Shown one piece after another: positions 54,713 through 64,000 of a stretch of 64,000 bases of DNA. The stretch comes from Thermoplasmata archaeon (lineage in GTDB: Archaea > Thermoplasmatota > Thermoplasmata > Lutacidiplasmatales > UBA184). The notes below the pieces were generated by a model, which had not been told where the DNA came from, ran no database searches, and saw only the letters and a list, made by a program, of their open reading frames with translations. Position 1 is the first letter of the stretch; each line of letters starts with the position of its first letter. Location: NCBI GenBank assembly GCA_035945215.1, contig DASZAJ010000007.1, positions 7,264 to 71,263 on the forward strand, given 5' to 3'. The position numbers were made by a program, and so were the translations under genes.

Positions 54713-55984
54713 ATGGCGGACTACACCTGGGTGATCCTCGGCGCGATCGTAGCCATCCTTTTCGTTTTCATCCTCCTGAGCCGCGTTTTCTACCAGATCC
54801 TGCCCTACCAGCAGGGGATCGTCACGGTCCTCGGCTCGTACAAGCGCCTGTTGAATCCGGGGCTGAACCTGGTCAGCCCGATCGCGGCCGTCGTCAAGCT
54901 CGACCTCCGGACCCAGGTTCTCGAAGTCCCCCGGCAGGAGGTCATCACGAAGGATAACTCGCCGACCAATGTCGACGCGATCATCTACATCAAGGTCGTC
55001 GACGCGCCGAAGTCGTTGTTCCAAGTTCAGGACTACCATGTGGCGACGGTGGCTCTTGCCCAAACCACCCTGCGTTCGGTCATCGGCGACATGGAACTCG
55101 ACGAGGTGCTGTACAACCGCGAGCGGATCAATACGCGACTCCGGGACATCCTCGATGAATCGACCGACCGGTGGGGGGTGCGCGTCGAAGCGGTCGAGAT
55201 CAAGGAAGTCGACCCGGTCGGGCCGGTCAAAGCCGCAATGGAAGAGCAGACCTCCGCCGAGCGGCAACGGCGGGCCGCCGTCCTGCGCGCCGACGGCGAG
55301 AAGCGCTCCGCCATCCTCGTCGCGGAGGGGAACAAGCGCTCCCGGATCCTGCAGGCGGAAGGGGTCCGTCAGTCCAAGATCCTCGAGGCGGAAGGTGGGC
55401 GGGTGGCCACCATCCTGGAGGCGCAGGGCGAGGCCCAGCGGCTGCGCATCCTCTCGCTCGGCGCGGGCACCCTCGACGCCAAGGCGCTCACGGTGATCTC
55501 CCTGGACACGATCGCGACGCTCGGGGACGGCCAGGCGACCAAGATCCTGTTCCCCTTCGAATTCTCCCGGCTCATGGAGGGCGCCTCGGAGTATCTCGGG
55601 ACCTCGAGAACGGTACCCGATCGGAGCCTGAACACCCTCGATGAGCTTCAGAAACAGGTCGGGACGATGGACGACATCCTCGGGCCGATCCCGCGGCAGG
55701 AGGAGCTGATGACCGAGATCAAGACGATCGAGGAGGAGATCAAGGCGGAGTCGGATGCCTCCACGGCGATGATCGACCGGACCGGCGCGAGCGCGGTCGC
55801 GTCCCCGTCGATCCCCGAACTCGACGACTCGATCCCGACCCGGCGACCCTCAACGACCCCGGCGCTCGGTGGGGTCCCCCCACCCGCGTCTCCCTCGCCC
55901 AGCGCCGGCACTCCACCGCCCGGTTCCGCTCCGCCGAGCACCGCCCCGGACCCTCCCTCGAAACGCAAGGCGGACTCAGCGTGA
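54713..55984 (+). CDS. SPFH/band-7 protein (stomatin/prohibitin family) with long C-terminal low-complexity tail
   Basis: An N-terminal TM helix is followed by an SPFH core (QGIVTVLGSYKRLLNPGLNLVSP...VEIKEVD) and a coiled-coil (AEGNKRSRILQAEGVRQSKILEAEG). The C-terminus is Pro/Ser/Ala-rich. Confidence 0.85.
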   Translation: MADYTWVILGAIVAILFVFILLSRVFYQILPYQQGIVTVLGSYKRLLNPGLNLVSPIAAVVKLDLRTQVLEVPRQEVITKDNSPTNVDAIIYIKVVDAPKSLFQVQDYHVATVALAQTTLRSVIGDMELDEVLYNRERINTRLRDILDESTDRWGVRVEAVEIKEVDPVGPVKAAMEEQTSAERQRRAAVLRADGEKRSAILVAEGNKRSRILQAEGVRQSKILEAEGGRVATILEAQGEAQRLRILSLGAGTLDAKALTVISLDTIATLGDGQATKILFPFEFSRLMEGASEYLGTSRTVPDRSLNTLDELQKQVGTMDDILGPIPRQEELMTEIKTIEEEIKAESDASTAMIDRTGASAVASPSIPELDDSIPTRRPSTTPALGGVPPPASPSPSAGTPPPGSAPPSTAPDPPSKRKADSA

Positions 55985-55999
55985 GCCGCCGATAGTCCG

Positions 56000-56827
56000 A
56001 TGCGACGGCGGGGTCCCAGCGAAATGGACACCCCGGAGCACGACGCAGTGCGCGTCCGCACCGTAGCATCCGTCCGGGAGATCCGAATCAACCGGCCGGA
56101 TCGTCGCAACGCCCTCGACGTCCCGACGTTCCGGATGCTCCGTTCGCACTTGCAGGACGCGGGGCTCGACCCATCCATACGCGCGGTAATCCTCACGGGA
56201 ACCGGTCCGGCCTTCTGCGCGGGCGGCGACATCTCGGCGATGGACCGCGCCCGCGAGGCGGGGACGCTCGCCCAGCTATTCCACGAGCTCACCGGCGAGC
56301 AGGAGCTCGCCGTTCGGGAGATCATCGGCATGCGCAAACCGGTCCTCGCCGCCCTCCCCGGCGTGGCGGCCGGCGGCGGCCTCTCCCTCGCGCTCGCCGC
56401 GGACTGGAGGATCGCCTCCGAGTCCGCGACCCTCGTCCCGGCGTTCCCGGCGCTCGGCGCGGTCCCGGATGGCGGCCTGACGTATTTCCTGCCGCATTAC
56501 CTCGGAATCGGGCTAGCCCAGGAGCTCCTATACACGCCGGCGAAGGTCTCCGCGGTCCGCGGCCAGGCGCTCGGCCTCCTCCATGAGGTCGTGCCCCCGG
56601 CCCGGTTGGAGGCCCGAAGTTGGGAACGGGCCCGGGAACTCGCAGAGGGACCTATCGCCGCTTACGGATGGATGAAGCGATTGCTGGCGAGCGCGTTCTC
56701 CGAAAGCCTCGAGGGTCAGCTCGCCTGGGAGCGACGCGGGGCGGTGGAAGCGACGCATGGCGCCGAGCTTCCCGAAGGGATCCGGGCGTTCCGGGAAAAG
56801 CGCACCCCGAGATTCGCCCCGGATTGA
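56000..56827 (+). CDS. enoyl-CoA hydratase/isomerase (crotonase) family
   Basis: IRINRPDRRNAL and ILTGTGPAFCAGGDISAM (oxyanion hole) match the family. The start may be ATG 56024. Confidence 0.8.
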   Translation: MRRRGPSEMDTPEHDAVRVRTVASVREIRINRPDRRNALDVPTFRMLRSHLQDAGLDPSIRAVILTGTGPAFCAGGDISAMDRAREAGTLAQLFHELTGEQELAVREIIGMRKPVLAALPGVAAGGGLSLALAADWRIASESATLVPAFPALGAVPDGGLTYFLPHYLGIGLAQELLYTPAKVSAVRGQALGLLHEVVPPARLEARSWERARELAEGPIAAYGWMKRLLASAFSESLEGQLAWERRGAVEATHGAELPEGIRAFREKRTPRFAPD

Positions 56828-57050
56828 GGCTTCTCCGGAGATCGGGCGCCCCCCGGCCAAGTTTCTGACCTACCCCCGCGTCGGTCCGTTCGAGGCGGCG
56901 AGCCCCGCGTGCTTCCGACGCGCTCCCACGGTTCGAACTGCGTGCCGGAAAGTCAATTTCCCTGTGCTGTGGTGCGACACGGATGCGCTCGCCGAGCGAG
57001 CGTTAAATACGCTCCGAGGGTCGCAGAGTCGACGGTTGTACGGTCAGCCG

Positions 57051-57060
57051 TAGGAGGGAG
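57051..57060 (+). promoter_or_regulatory. Shine-Dalgarno-like purine tract (aggagggagg) 5-14 nt upstream of the nuoA TTG start; a TATA-like ttaaata lies at 57002..57008
   Basis: GGAGG is seen directly. It supports the TTG 57065 start. The operon promoter lies in the 237-nt spacer. Confidence 0.45.
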
Positions 57061-57064
57061 GGAA

Positions 57065-57430
57065 TTGGCCGCGGACACCCTTACTTTTCTCGTATTTGTG
57101 GCGATCGCGGGCGCGTTCGGAGTCGGGTCGCTGATCGCCAACCGGCTCCTCGGCGCCAAGGCCCGCCGCTCCTACCTTCGCCTGACGACCTACGAATGCG
57201 GAGAGGAGGCCGAGGGAGAGGCCCAGATCGACTTCCCGACCCAACATTACACGTTCGCGATCGTCTTCGTCGCGGTCGACATCCTCGGTTTTGTCCTCGC
57301 GTTGTGGGCGCTGACGTTCCGGGGCGGGAACTCTTCCTTCTACCCGGTCGTCGTCGCGTTCGGATTTACGGCGCTCGCCCTCGCGGGGATCTACTACGCG
57401 CTCTCGGGCGAGAAACGCTGGGTGGTATGA
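57065..57430 (+). CDS. nuoA: NADH-quinone oxidoreductase subunit A
   Basis: A TTG start gives 121 aa with 3 TM helices and the conserved TYECGEE motif. Confidence 0.8.
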   Translation: MAADTLTFLVFVAIAGAFGVGSLIANRLLGAKARRSYLRLTTYECGEEAEGEAQIDFPTQHYTFAIVFVAVDILGFVLALWALTFRGGNSSFYPVVVAFGFTALALAGIYYALSGEKRWVV

Positions 57431-58032
57431 GCGCCCCCAAGCCGACCGGGATGCCGAGCAACTCGGCCACCGAGGTCGTCGAGTTCCCCATGGTCACCGA
57501 GGCAGCGGTCCCGTTCGTGGAGATCGAGGGCCTTCGCACGGAGCAGTTCATTCCTGCGGCCAAGGAGGCCCTTTCTTCACTCCTCGCGGAGCAAGCGCAG
57601 GGCAAGCTCATTCGACCCGTCTTCAATTGGGCGGGTCGGAACTCCCTGTTCCCGCTCCATTGGGGGCTGGCTTGCTGTGCCATCGAATTCGCCAGCGCGT
57701 TCGGCGCGCGGTTCGATGCCGAGCGGTTCGGGGTCGTGCCCCGCTCCTCGCCGCGACAGTGCGATCTACTGATCGTCAATGGCACCGTCACGTGGAAGGT
57801 CGCGCACAAGCTCATCACGCTCTACGAGCAAATGCCCGAGCCGAAGTGGGTGATCGCCATGGGCAATTGCGCGACGGGGGGCGGGCCGTTCCGGACCGCC
57901 TATTCCGTGGTGCCCGGGGTCGACAAGCTCGTTCCGGTGGACATCTATATCGCGGGATGCCCCCCCCGTCCCGAGGCCCTTCTCGACGGGATCCTGAAAC
58001 TCGAAGAATTGATCCGGGAGCGCGGCGAGTAG
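57427..58032 (+). CDS. nuoB: NADH-quinone oxidoreductase subunit B
   Basis: The start has an ATGA overlap with nuoA. The sequence has [18 protein letters not shown] and CPPRPE, the N2 cluster ligands. Confidence 0.9.
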   Translation: MSAPKPTGMPSNSATEVVEFPMVTEAAVPFVEIEGLRTEQFIPAAKEALSSLLAEQAQGKLIRPVFNWAGRNSLFPLHWGLACCAIEFASAFGARFDAERFGVVPRSSPRQCDLLIVNGTVTWKVAHKLITLYEQMPEPKWVIAMGNCATGGGPFRTAYSVVPGVDKLVPVDIYIAGCPPRPEALLDGILKLEELIRERGE

Positions 58033-58070
58033 CCAGGGCGTTGGGCCCCGCCGGCATCCGAGGAGATCGA

Positions 58071-58547
58071 ATGGCGACCGAGGAGCTCGCGGCACGGCTC
58101 AAGGAACGATTCCCCGACGGATCGGTCGGGTGGGAGCCGTTCGAGGGGATCGCGGGTCGCGTCGTATTCCCCGCGGCGCTCGCCCTCGACCTGTTCCGGT
58201 ACCTCCGCGACGAGCTCGGGTTCCGCCACCTGTCGCTCGTCGGGGGCGTCGACTGGGAGAAGGAGCGAGAGGTCGTCTACCTGCTCTGGTCCGATGCGGA
58301 ACGCGCCTACCTGTTGCTCAGCACGCGCGTGGACGCGATCGATCCCCACCTCGAAAGTGCCACCGCGGTATGGCCTTCCGCGAACTGGCATGAGCGCGAG
58401 ACCTGGGAGATGGTCGGGATCCGCTTCGATCACCATCCGGACCTGCGGCATCTGCTGATGCCCGATGGCTACGAATTTCACCCGCTCCTCCGATCGTTCA
58501 AGCTGCACGAGCCCGAAGATCTCGAGGTGAAGGTCCGCCATGTCTGA
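58071..58547 (+). CDS. nuoC: NADH-quinone oxidoreductase subunit C
   Basis: 158 aa. ERETWEMVGIRFDHHPDLR is the NuoC signature. A GAGGAG tract lies upstream. Confidence 0.85.
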   Translation: MATEELAARLKERFPDGSVGWEPFEGIAGRVVFPAALALDLFRYLRDELGFRHLSLVGGVDWEKEREVVYLLWSDAERAYLLLSTRVDAIDPHLESATAVWPSANWHERETWEMVGIRFDHHPDLRHLLMPDGYEFHPLLRSFKLHEPEDLEVKVRHV

Positions 58548-59685
58548 GATGTGGATCAACATGGGGCCACAACACCCCATGACCCATGGGCTGTGGAATC
58601 TGCGCGTCCGTATCGAGGGAGAGATCATCCTCGACGCGGACCCGGAGATGGGCTATCTCCACCGGGGGATCGAGAAGATCAGCGAGGACCGCCACTACAA
58701 CGAGGTGATCACGCTGATGGACCGGACCTGCTACGTCGCGGGGATCGCCTGGGAGCATCTGTACATCCAGGCGGCGGAACAGGCGCTCCATGTCGAGCCC
58801 CCGGAACGGGCCGAGTACCTGCGCGTCCTCGTCGAGGAGATGCAGCGGCTCGCCTCGCATATCATGTGGTACGCCGCGTTCGTCCAGGACCTCGGTCTGA
58901 TGAGCCCGTTCCTGTACGGGATGCGAGACCGGGACCTGCTCCTCGACCTCTTCCAGAGTTTCACCGGGGGACGGTTGACGTACGAGTACCTTCGGGTCGG
59001 CGGAGTTCGTAGCGACCTCCCCCCCGGCACGACGACCCAGGTGCGGCGCACGCTCGATTGGTTGATGGACCGATTCGTCGAATACGACCGTCTGTGCCTT
59101 GGATCGGACATCTTCCGTCGCCGCTGCGACGGTATCGGGGTCCTGAAGGCCAACGACTGCGTGGACTATGGGGTCACCGGCCCGATGCTGCGGGCGGCCG
59201 GCGTCAAGCGCGATCTCCGCAAGGATCGCCCCTACGCCGCGTACGACCGTGTGGAGTTCGATGTGGCTTCGGCCGACACCGCGGATGTCACCGGACGCTA
59301 CCTCGTGCGGCTCGAGGAGATGCGCCAATCGGTGCGGATCCTCCGGCAGGTCGTCGACTGGCTCGATGCCCACCCGGGGCCGGTGATGGCCGAACGGGTG
59401 CCGCGCTGGCTCGGTGCGCCCTACGCGCCGATCGGTCGGGAGGGCTACCTGCTCAAGCGGAGCTATCCGAAGGGGCTCGGACTCGCCGCGATCGAAGAGC
59501 CCCATGGCGAAGCGGTGGCCTACGTCGTGAACGAAGGGGGCGAGCATCCCTACCGCGTCAAGTTCCGATCCCCGGTGTTCGCGAACCTGAGCGCCGCCCG
59601 GAAGTACCTCATCGGGTACCGGGTGGCCGACATTCCGCCGATCCTGGGCAGCGTGGACGTCTGCGTCGGCGAGGTCGATCGCTAG
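58540..59685 (+). CDS. nuoD: NADH-quinone oxidoreductase subunit D
   Basis: MSEMWINMGPQHPMTHG and RVGGVR match a 49-kDa/NiFe-hydrogenase-large-subunit-like fold. The gene overlaps nuoC by 8 nt. Confidence 0.9.
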   Translation: MSEMWINMGPQHPMTHGLWNLRVRIEGEIILDADPEMGYLHRGIEKISEDRHYNEVITLMDRTCYVAGIAWEHLYIQAAEQALHVEPPERAEYLRVLVEEMQRLASHIMWYAAFVQDLGLMSPFLYGMRDRDLLLDLFQSFTGGRLTYEYLRVGGVRSDLPPGTTTQVRRTLDWLMDRFVEYDRLCLGSDIFRRRCDGIGVLKANDCVDYGVTGPMLRAAGVKRDLRKDRPYAAYDRVEFDVASADTADVTGRYLVRLEEMRQSVRILRQVVDWLDAHPGPVMAERVPRWLGAPYAPIGREGYLLKRSYPKGLGLAAIEEPHGEAVAYVVNEGGEHPYRVKFRSPVFANLSAARKYLIGYRVADIPPILGSVDVCVGEVDR

Positions 59686-59703
59686 AGGGGACCTGATCGA
59701 CCG

Positions 59704-60798
59704 ATGGCGCTCCAGAGCCTCTATGGCGTGGCCCAATTGCTCGCCTCCACCCTCGTGGGCCCAATCGCGCCTGGCTGGCCCGTCCTCCTCGTAGCGGACC
59801 TGATCTTCGGCGCGATCCTGCTCGCCGCGAGCATGCTCAACACCATCCTGCTGATCTGGTACGAACGCAAACTGCTAGGACGTTTCATGGACCGCCGGGG
59901 CGCGATGCACGTCGGCTACGCGGGCCTCTTGCAGAACTTCGCCGACGGCCTCAAGCTGTTCCGGAAGAACACCTACCCGCCTCGAGAGGCCGATCTTCTC
60001 GGGTTCTACGCCGGTCCAACGGCGTACATGGTCAGCTCGCTCGTCATCTTCGGGATCCTCCCGATCTCCACGGGTTGGGACAACGGATCCCTTCCCCTAT
60101 CCCTCCTCCTCGCGCTTGTCATCTTCTCCTTCGCGCCGCTGTTCATCTTCGTCAGTGCCTGGTCCTCGAACAACAAGTACTCGCTGATGGGCGGGATGCG
60201 CTCCGCGGCCCAGATGATCGCCTATGAGGTTCCGATCCTCATCGCCGTCGTCGCGGTGGTCGTCCTCTCCGGAAGCTTTGACCTGACGACGATCGTCGCC
60301 GAGCAGCGGAATTACTGGTTCGGACTCCCCCTCTTCCTCGCCCTCATCGTCTTCGTGGCCGGGATGCTCGCCGAGATGGAGCGGATCCCCTTCGATCTAC
60401 CCGAGGCGGAGGCCGAGCTCGTCGAAGGCTGGAACACCGAGTACGGCGGGATGCTGTTCGCCTTCTTCATGCTCGCCGACTACCTGCGGGCGCTTATCGG
60501 CAGTATTCTCATCGTGCTGCTGTTCCTCGGGGGGTGGACCCTGCCCGGGTACGTCCCGGCGGCGCTCACGGGTTTCCCGCTTGCCGGGATCTTCTGGTTC
60601 ATGGTGAAGACCTATCTGGTCTTCGGGCTCTTCGTCTGGGTGCGGGCATCGCTCCCCCGGGTCCGGACGGATCAGCTCCTGCGGATCGGCTGGATGCGAA
60701 TGGTCCCCCTCTCCCTTTTCGCGGTCTTCCTGGCCGCGCTGCTCGTCGTTCAGAACTGCCTGCCCGTGATCGGGTGCGTCCCGGGGATGGGAGGGTAA
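59704..60798 (+). CDS. nuoH: NADH-quinone oxidoreductase subunit H
   Basis: 364 aa, polytopic. YERKLLGRFMDRRG and the NuoH/ND1 pattern are present. Confidence 0.9.
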   Translation: MALQSLYGVAQLLASTLVGPIAPGWPVLLVADLIFGAILLAASMLNTILLIWYERKLLGRFMDRRGAMHVGYAGLLQNFADGLKLFRKNTYPPREADLLGFYAGPTAYMVSSLVIFGILPISTGWDNGSLPLSLLLALVIFSFAPLFIFVSAWSSNNKYSLMGGMRSAAQMIAYEVPILIAVVAVVVLSGSFDLTTIVAEQRNYWFGLPLFLALIVFVAGMLAEMERIPFDLPEAEAELVEGWNTEYGGMLFAFFMLADYLRALIGSILIVLLFLGGWTLPGYVPAALTGFPLAGIFWFMVKTYLVFGLFVWVRASLPRVRTDQLLRIGWMRMVPLSLFAVFLAALLVVQNCLPVIGCVPGMGG

Positions 60799-60805
60799 GC
60801 CGGAG

Positions 60806-61585
60806 ATGGCGGCCGAATCGAAGGGTGCGAACCCCGAGGGTCCGAACGCCGCACTGTGGATCGCGAAGCCCCTCGCCACCGCCGCCCGCCAGTTCCTGAA
60901 GAGCCTCGTCCGGCCCTCGACGATCGTCTATCCGTTCGAACGGCTCGAGGACCCAGCGTTCCGCGACCGCGTCCAGGTGGCGGCGGGGGCCCCGATCGGG
61001 ATCGGCCACGTCTGGGACAACTATCGGGGCGTTCACGCGCTCAACATCGCCACCTGCATCTCCTGCAATCTGTGCGCCTTCAGTTGCCCGGACCTGTGCA
61101 TCGAGATGGTCACCGTGCCCGGCGGCGACCCCAAGCACCCGAAGAAATGCCCGGAGATCGACTACGGGAAGTGCAGCTACTGCGGGTTCTGCTCCGACGC
61201 GTGCCCCGAAGGTTGTCTGACGATGACCACCCGCTACGAGCTCGCCACGTCGAAGCGGGCGGAGATGGTCTACTCCCCGCAGAAGCTCTACGAGGTGTTC
61301 GAGCGGAAGCTCCCGATGAATCCCATCCGGGTCGAGCGGCCCGTGAACGAGGACGCCATCCTCCTCGATGGGCCCTTGTGCATCGGCTGCAACGCGTGCG
61401 CCCGCGATTGCCCCACGCAATGCATCACCATGCTCGACATCCCGAAACCCGGCGCCAAGCCCGGCGAGAAGCTGCCGAAGCGGATCTGGAAGGAACCCGT
61501 GGTCAACGACTCCGACTGCGTCCGCTGCGGCACCTGCATCTCCGTCTGTCCGAAGGAGTGCCTGTTCTGGGGGACCCACCCGTGA
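60806..61585 (+). CDS. nuoI: NADH-quinone oxidoreductase subunit I, extended form with four CxxCxxCxxxCP motifs
   Basis: The four motifs are CISCNLCAFSCP, CSYCGFCSDACP, CIGCNACARDCP and CVRCGTCISVCP. This implies two 2x[4Fe-4S] ferredoxin modules. 259 aa. Confidence 0.8.
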   Translation: MAAESKGANPEGPNAALWIAKPLATAARQFLKSLVRPSTIVYPFERLEDPAFRDRVQVAAGAPIGIGHVWDNYRGVHALNIATCISCNLCAFSCPDLCIEMVTVPGGDPKHPKKCPEIDYGKCSYCGFCSDACPEGCLTMTTRYELATSKRAEMVYSPQKLYEVFERKLPMNPIRVERPVNEDAILLDGPLCIGCNACARDCPTQCITMLDIPKPGAKPGEKLPKRIWKEPVVNDSDCVRCGTCISVCPKECLFWGTHP

Positions 61586-62070
61586 TCCTCGAGGAACTCG
61601 CGTTCCTCGCGATCGCGCTCGTGGCGGTCGGGACCGCGCTCCTCGCCCTGCTCACCCGAGAGCTCGTCCACACGATCATGTGGATCGCCCTGTTCTTCAT
61701 CGATCTCGCCGTCCTGTACTTCCTCCTCCAGGCCCCCTTCCTCGGCGTCCTCCAGCTCGGCGTCTACGCCGGAGCCGTGACGATCCTTCTGATGTTCGGC
61801 GTCATGGTCACGCGCAAGCGGATCTTCTCCAGGGAGGCGGCCACGGGGATCGGCCCAGCGCCGATCGTCCTGGCCGGGCTGACCCTCGCCTTCCTTGCGC
61901 TCGGCACCGAGGAGCTCCCCGCGACCGGAACGACCGTCCACGCCTACGACCCGGCGCTGCTGTCCGGGCTGCTCTTCTCGACGGACGGGGCCTGGCTTCT
62001 CCTCCTCGGGCTCGTCATGCTGAGCGCGCTGGCGGGGGCGATCTACCTCGTCCGGGAGGGCCGGGAGTGA
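61582..62070 (+). CDS. nuoJ: NADH-quinone oxidoreductase subunit J
   Basis: The GTG start overlaps the nuoI stop (GTGA). It has 5 TM helices in an ND6-like layout. Confidence 0.75.
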   Translation: MILEELAFLAIALVAVGTALLALLTRELVHTIMWIALFFIDLAVLYFLLQAPFLGVLQLGVYAGAVTILLMFGVMVTRKRIFSREAATGIGPAPIVLAGLTLAFLALGTEELPATGTTVHAYDPALLSGLLFSTDGAWLLLLGLVMLSALAGAIYLVREGRE

Positions 62071-62384
62071 GCGCATTCTCCCCCGAGGGCCTGCTCGCGC
62101 TCTCCGGAACCCTGCTCGCCATCGGCCTGTTCGGCATCCTGACCCGGCGCAATTTCATCCTGCTGTTGATCTCCATCGAGATCGCGATCAATGCGGCGGT
62201 CCTCAACTTCGTCTACTTCGCCGCCTTCGCCGGGGCCCAAGGGGGTCTGAGCGGACAGGCGATCGCCGTGGTCGTCATCGGCCTGGCGGCGACGGAGGTC
62301 GCCGTGGGCCTCGCGATCGTCCTCGCCCTCAATCGACTCCGGGGCTCGATCAACGTCGCGGAGGCCGCGACGTTGAAGCTGTAG
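62067..62384 (+). CDS. nuoK: NADH-quinone oxidoreductase subunit K
   Basis: The GTG start overlaps the nuoJ stop (GTGA). 105 aa with 3 TM helices. ISIEIAINAAVLNFV and LAATEVAVGLAIVLAL are ND4L-like. Confidence 0.8.
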   Translation: MSAFSPEGLLALSGTLLAIGLFGILTRRNFILLLISIEIAINAAVLNFVYFAAFAGAQGGLSGQAIAVVVIGLAATEVAVGLAIVLALNRLRGSINVAEAATLKL

Positions 62385-62394
62385 GGGGAAACCG

Positions 62395-64000
62395 GTGGGA
62401 TCGCTCGATTTCGCGTTCGGATGGGCCTGGCTGGTCCCGGCCCTGACCGCCGCCGCCTTCGTGATCGTCGGGGGGGCCGGTCGTCGGATGCCGAAGCTCG
62501 AGTGGGGCGGCTGGGTCGCCGTCGCGTTCGCCTTCGCGGCGATGGTCGTCGGCGCGCTCGTCGCCGCCGCGGAGATGTTAGCGCCGGGATCGTACTCGGA
62601 CGCCTCGTTCACGTGGCTATCCATCCCGGGTTCGCCGGGCACCTTCCCGAACGGTTTCCAGCTGACGATCGGGATCCTCGTCGATCCGATCTCGGCGTTG
62701 ATGCTGCTCGTGGTGACGAGCGTCGGATTCCTCGTGCTCCTCTATTCGATCGAGTACATGCACCGCGACGCCGGTCTCGCGCGCTACTACGCCGAGCTCT
62801 CCCTGTTCCTGACGGCGATGACCGGATTGGTCCTCTCCGACAACCTGCTGGAGTTCTTCCTCTTCTGGGAGCTCGTGGGGGTCTGCTCCTACTTCCTCAT
62901 CGGGTTCTACTACGAGAAACCGAGCGCGGCGAGCGCCGCCAAGGAGGCGTTCCTGGTCACCCGGGTCGGTGACGTCCTGTTCCTGCTCGGGATCTTCATT
63001 TATTTCGCGGTCTACGCAACGAGCGGCCCCGGGCCCGGGTGGGCCGCCGGGGGATTCAAGTTCGCCCAAGGAAGCAGCCCGTTCCTCGCCGGCGCGATGG
63101 GCGGGAACACCCCCCTGCTCACGGCGGCCGGCCTGCTGATGCTCGGGGGCGCGGCGGGCAAGTCGGCCCAGTTCCCCCTGCACGTCTGGCTGCCCGACGC
63201 GATGGAGGGCCCGACGACCGTGAGCGCGCTCATCCACGCGGCGACGATGGTGGCGGCCGGCGTCTACCTGCTCGCCGTCGTTTCCGTCTTCCTTGGCTTC
63301 ACGCCAACCGACCAGTTGGCGATCGTCGGTGTCGGCGGCTTTACGACGTTCTTCGCGGCGTCGATGGCGGTGGTGAACCCGGACATCAAGCGGGTGATCG
63401 CCTACTCGACGATCTCCCAGCTCGGCTACATGGTCCTCGCCGTCGGGGCGGGGTTCACGATGGTGGGGCTGTTCCACCTGTTCACGCATGCGTTCTTCAA
63501 GGCCCTCCTGTTCCTCGCCGCCGGCTCGGTCATCCATGCCGTCGGGACGCAGGATCTGTTCAAGATGGGCGGTCTGCGACGGTCGATGCCGCTGACCGCT
63601 ACCGCGTTCGCGGTCGGGGCCCTATCGCTCTCCGGTTTCCCCGGCTTCGCCGGCTTCTTTTCGAAGGACGACGTGCTCGGCTCGGTGTACAGCGCCTTGG
63701 GCGCGAATCCCGCGTACTGGCCGTTCTTCCTGCTCGCGCTCGTCACGGTCTTCTTGACCGCCTACTACATCTTCCGGGCCTGGTTCCTCGCCTTCGGCGG
63801 CGACCACCCTCGCGACGACACCTTGCCCCATGCCCACGAGCCCGGGTGGACGATGCGCGTGCCGATGATCGTGCTGTCGGCGCTCGCCGTCGGGGGCGGG
63901 GCGTTCGTCTTCCTGCCCCCGTTCGCCCATCTGCTACCGGGCACGGGGGTCCCGCCGGTCTTCGGCGCCACCGACCTCGCCCTGTCGGCCGTGTCGGTCG
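62395..64000 (+). CDS. nuoL: NADH-quinone oxidoreductase subunit L (start inside the window, 3' end beyond the window)
   Basis: Hand translation from GTG 62395 gives VGSLDFAFGWAWLVPALTAAAF...LFWELVGVCSYFLIGFYYEK...AGKSAQFPLHVWLPDAMEGPTTVSALIHAATMV (ND5/NuoL antiporter-like motifs) with no stop to 64000. It is missing from the ORF track. Confidence 0.85.
   Translation, partial: MGSLDFAFGWAWLVPALTAAAFVIVGGAGRRMPKLEWGGWVAVAFAFAAMVVGALVAAAEMLAPGSYSDASFTWLSIPGSPGTFPNGFQLTIGILVDPISALMLLVVTSVGFLVLLYSIEYMHRDAGLARYYAELSLFLTAMTGLVLSDNLLEFFLFWELVGVCSYFLIGFYYEKPSAASAAKEAFLVTRVGDVLFLLGIFIYFAVYATSGPGPGWAAGGFKFAQGSSPFLAGAMGGNTPLLTAAGLLMLGGAAGKSAQFPLHVWLPDAMEGPTTVSALIHAATMVAAGVYLLAVVSVFLGFTPTDQLAIVGVGGFTTFFAASMAVVNPDIKRVIAYSTISQLGYMVLAVGAGFTMVGLFHLFTHAFFKALLFLAAGSVIHAVGTQDLFKMGGLRRSMPLTATAFAVGALSLSGFPGFAGFFSKDDVLGSVYSALGANPAYWPFFLLALVTVFLTAYYIFRAWFLAFGGDHPRDDTLPHAHEPGWTMRVPMIVLSALAVGGGAFVFLPPFAHLLPGTGVPPVFGATDLALSAVSV

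Noticed and set aside
1-64000. CRISPR arrays, rRNA genes, IS elements/transposases, and additional tRNAs
   Set aside because: I saw no regularly spaced direct repeats, no rRNA-like conserved stretches, and no transposase-like ORFs. Only one GGTTCAAATCC-type T-loop (the tRNA-Arg) was found by eye. The scan was manual, so short sRNAs such as C/D box RNAs could have been missed.

Overview
This is a 64 kb high-GC stretch (by eye in the high 60s %) of an archaeal chromosome. It carries archaeal information-processing genes: aRF1, RFC small subunit, PriS, FEN1, Sec61-beta, Kae1, archaeosine TGT, a Taw1/TYW1 homologue, an archaeal-type GGR, aPGM and a RIO kinase with a KH partner. The proteins are not acidic and there are many membrane-anchored, N-glycosylation-sequon-rich surface proteins, so a Thermoplasmatota-like lineage is a low-confidence guess. 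Coding density is high, and many long Arg/Pro/Gly-rich antisense ORFs in the six-frame track are GC artefacts. Content by region:
- 1-2343: a lower-GC block on the minus strand encodes a C2H2 zinc-finger protein, an HUH/Rep-like protein and a P-loop ATPase. Its border is the 3' end of tRNA-Arg(CCU), so it looks like an integrated plasmid or provirus.
- Housekeeping and metabolic genes: rfcS-moaC-moaB, sppA, an unannotated Sec61-beta, YjbQ, taw1, rhodanese, a family-5 UDG, arcTGT, kae1, GGR, ppsA, a Trm5/Taw2-family methyltransferase, apgM, PAC2, fen1, a formiminotransferase-cyclodeaminase, a RibD-type reductase, a FAH-family hydrolase, priS, KH plus RIO kinase, an NfeD-stomatin operon, an enoyl-CoA hydratase, a FadB-like fusion and a GNAT.
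- A methionine-to-cysteine block: ahcY, cystathionine beta-synthase, a cystathionine gamma-lyase family enzyme, cysS and gcvH.
- A NuoA-B-C-D-H-I-J-K-L (Fpo-like, no E/F/G) operon, with a NuoI that has four Fe-S cluster motifs.
- A BlaI/BlaR1-like repressor-protease pair upstream of a secreted glycoprotein.
- A recurring architecture of extracellular glycoprotein, one TM helix and cytoplasmic zinc ribbon(s), including a 1116-aa giant with three C-terminal zinc ribbons.
- An RHH DNA-binding protein immediately upstream of a divergent FtsZ/tubulin-superfamily GTPase, which resembles a TubR/TubZ-like pair sitting in the chromosome.
I saw no CRISPR arrays, rRNA genes or IS elements.
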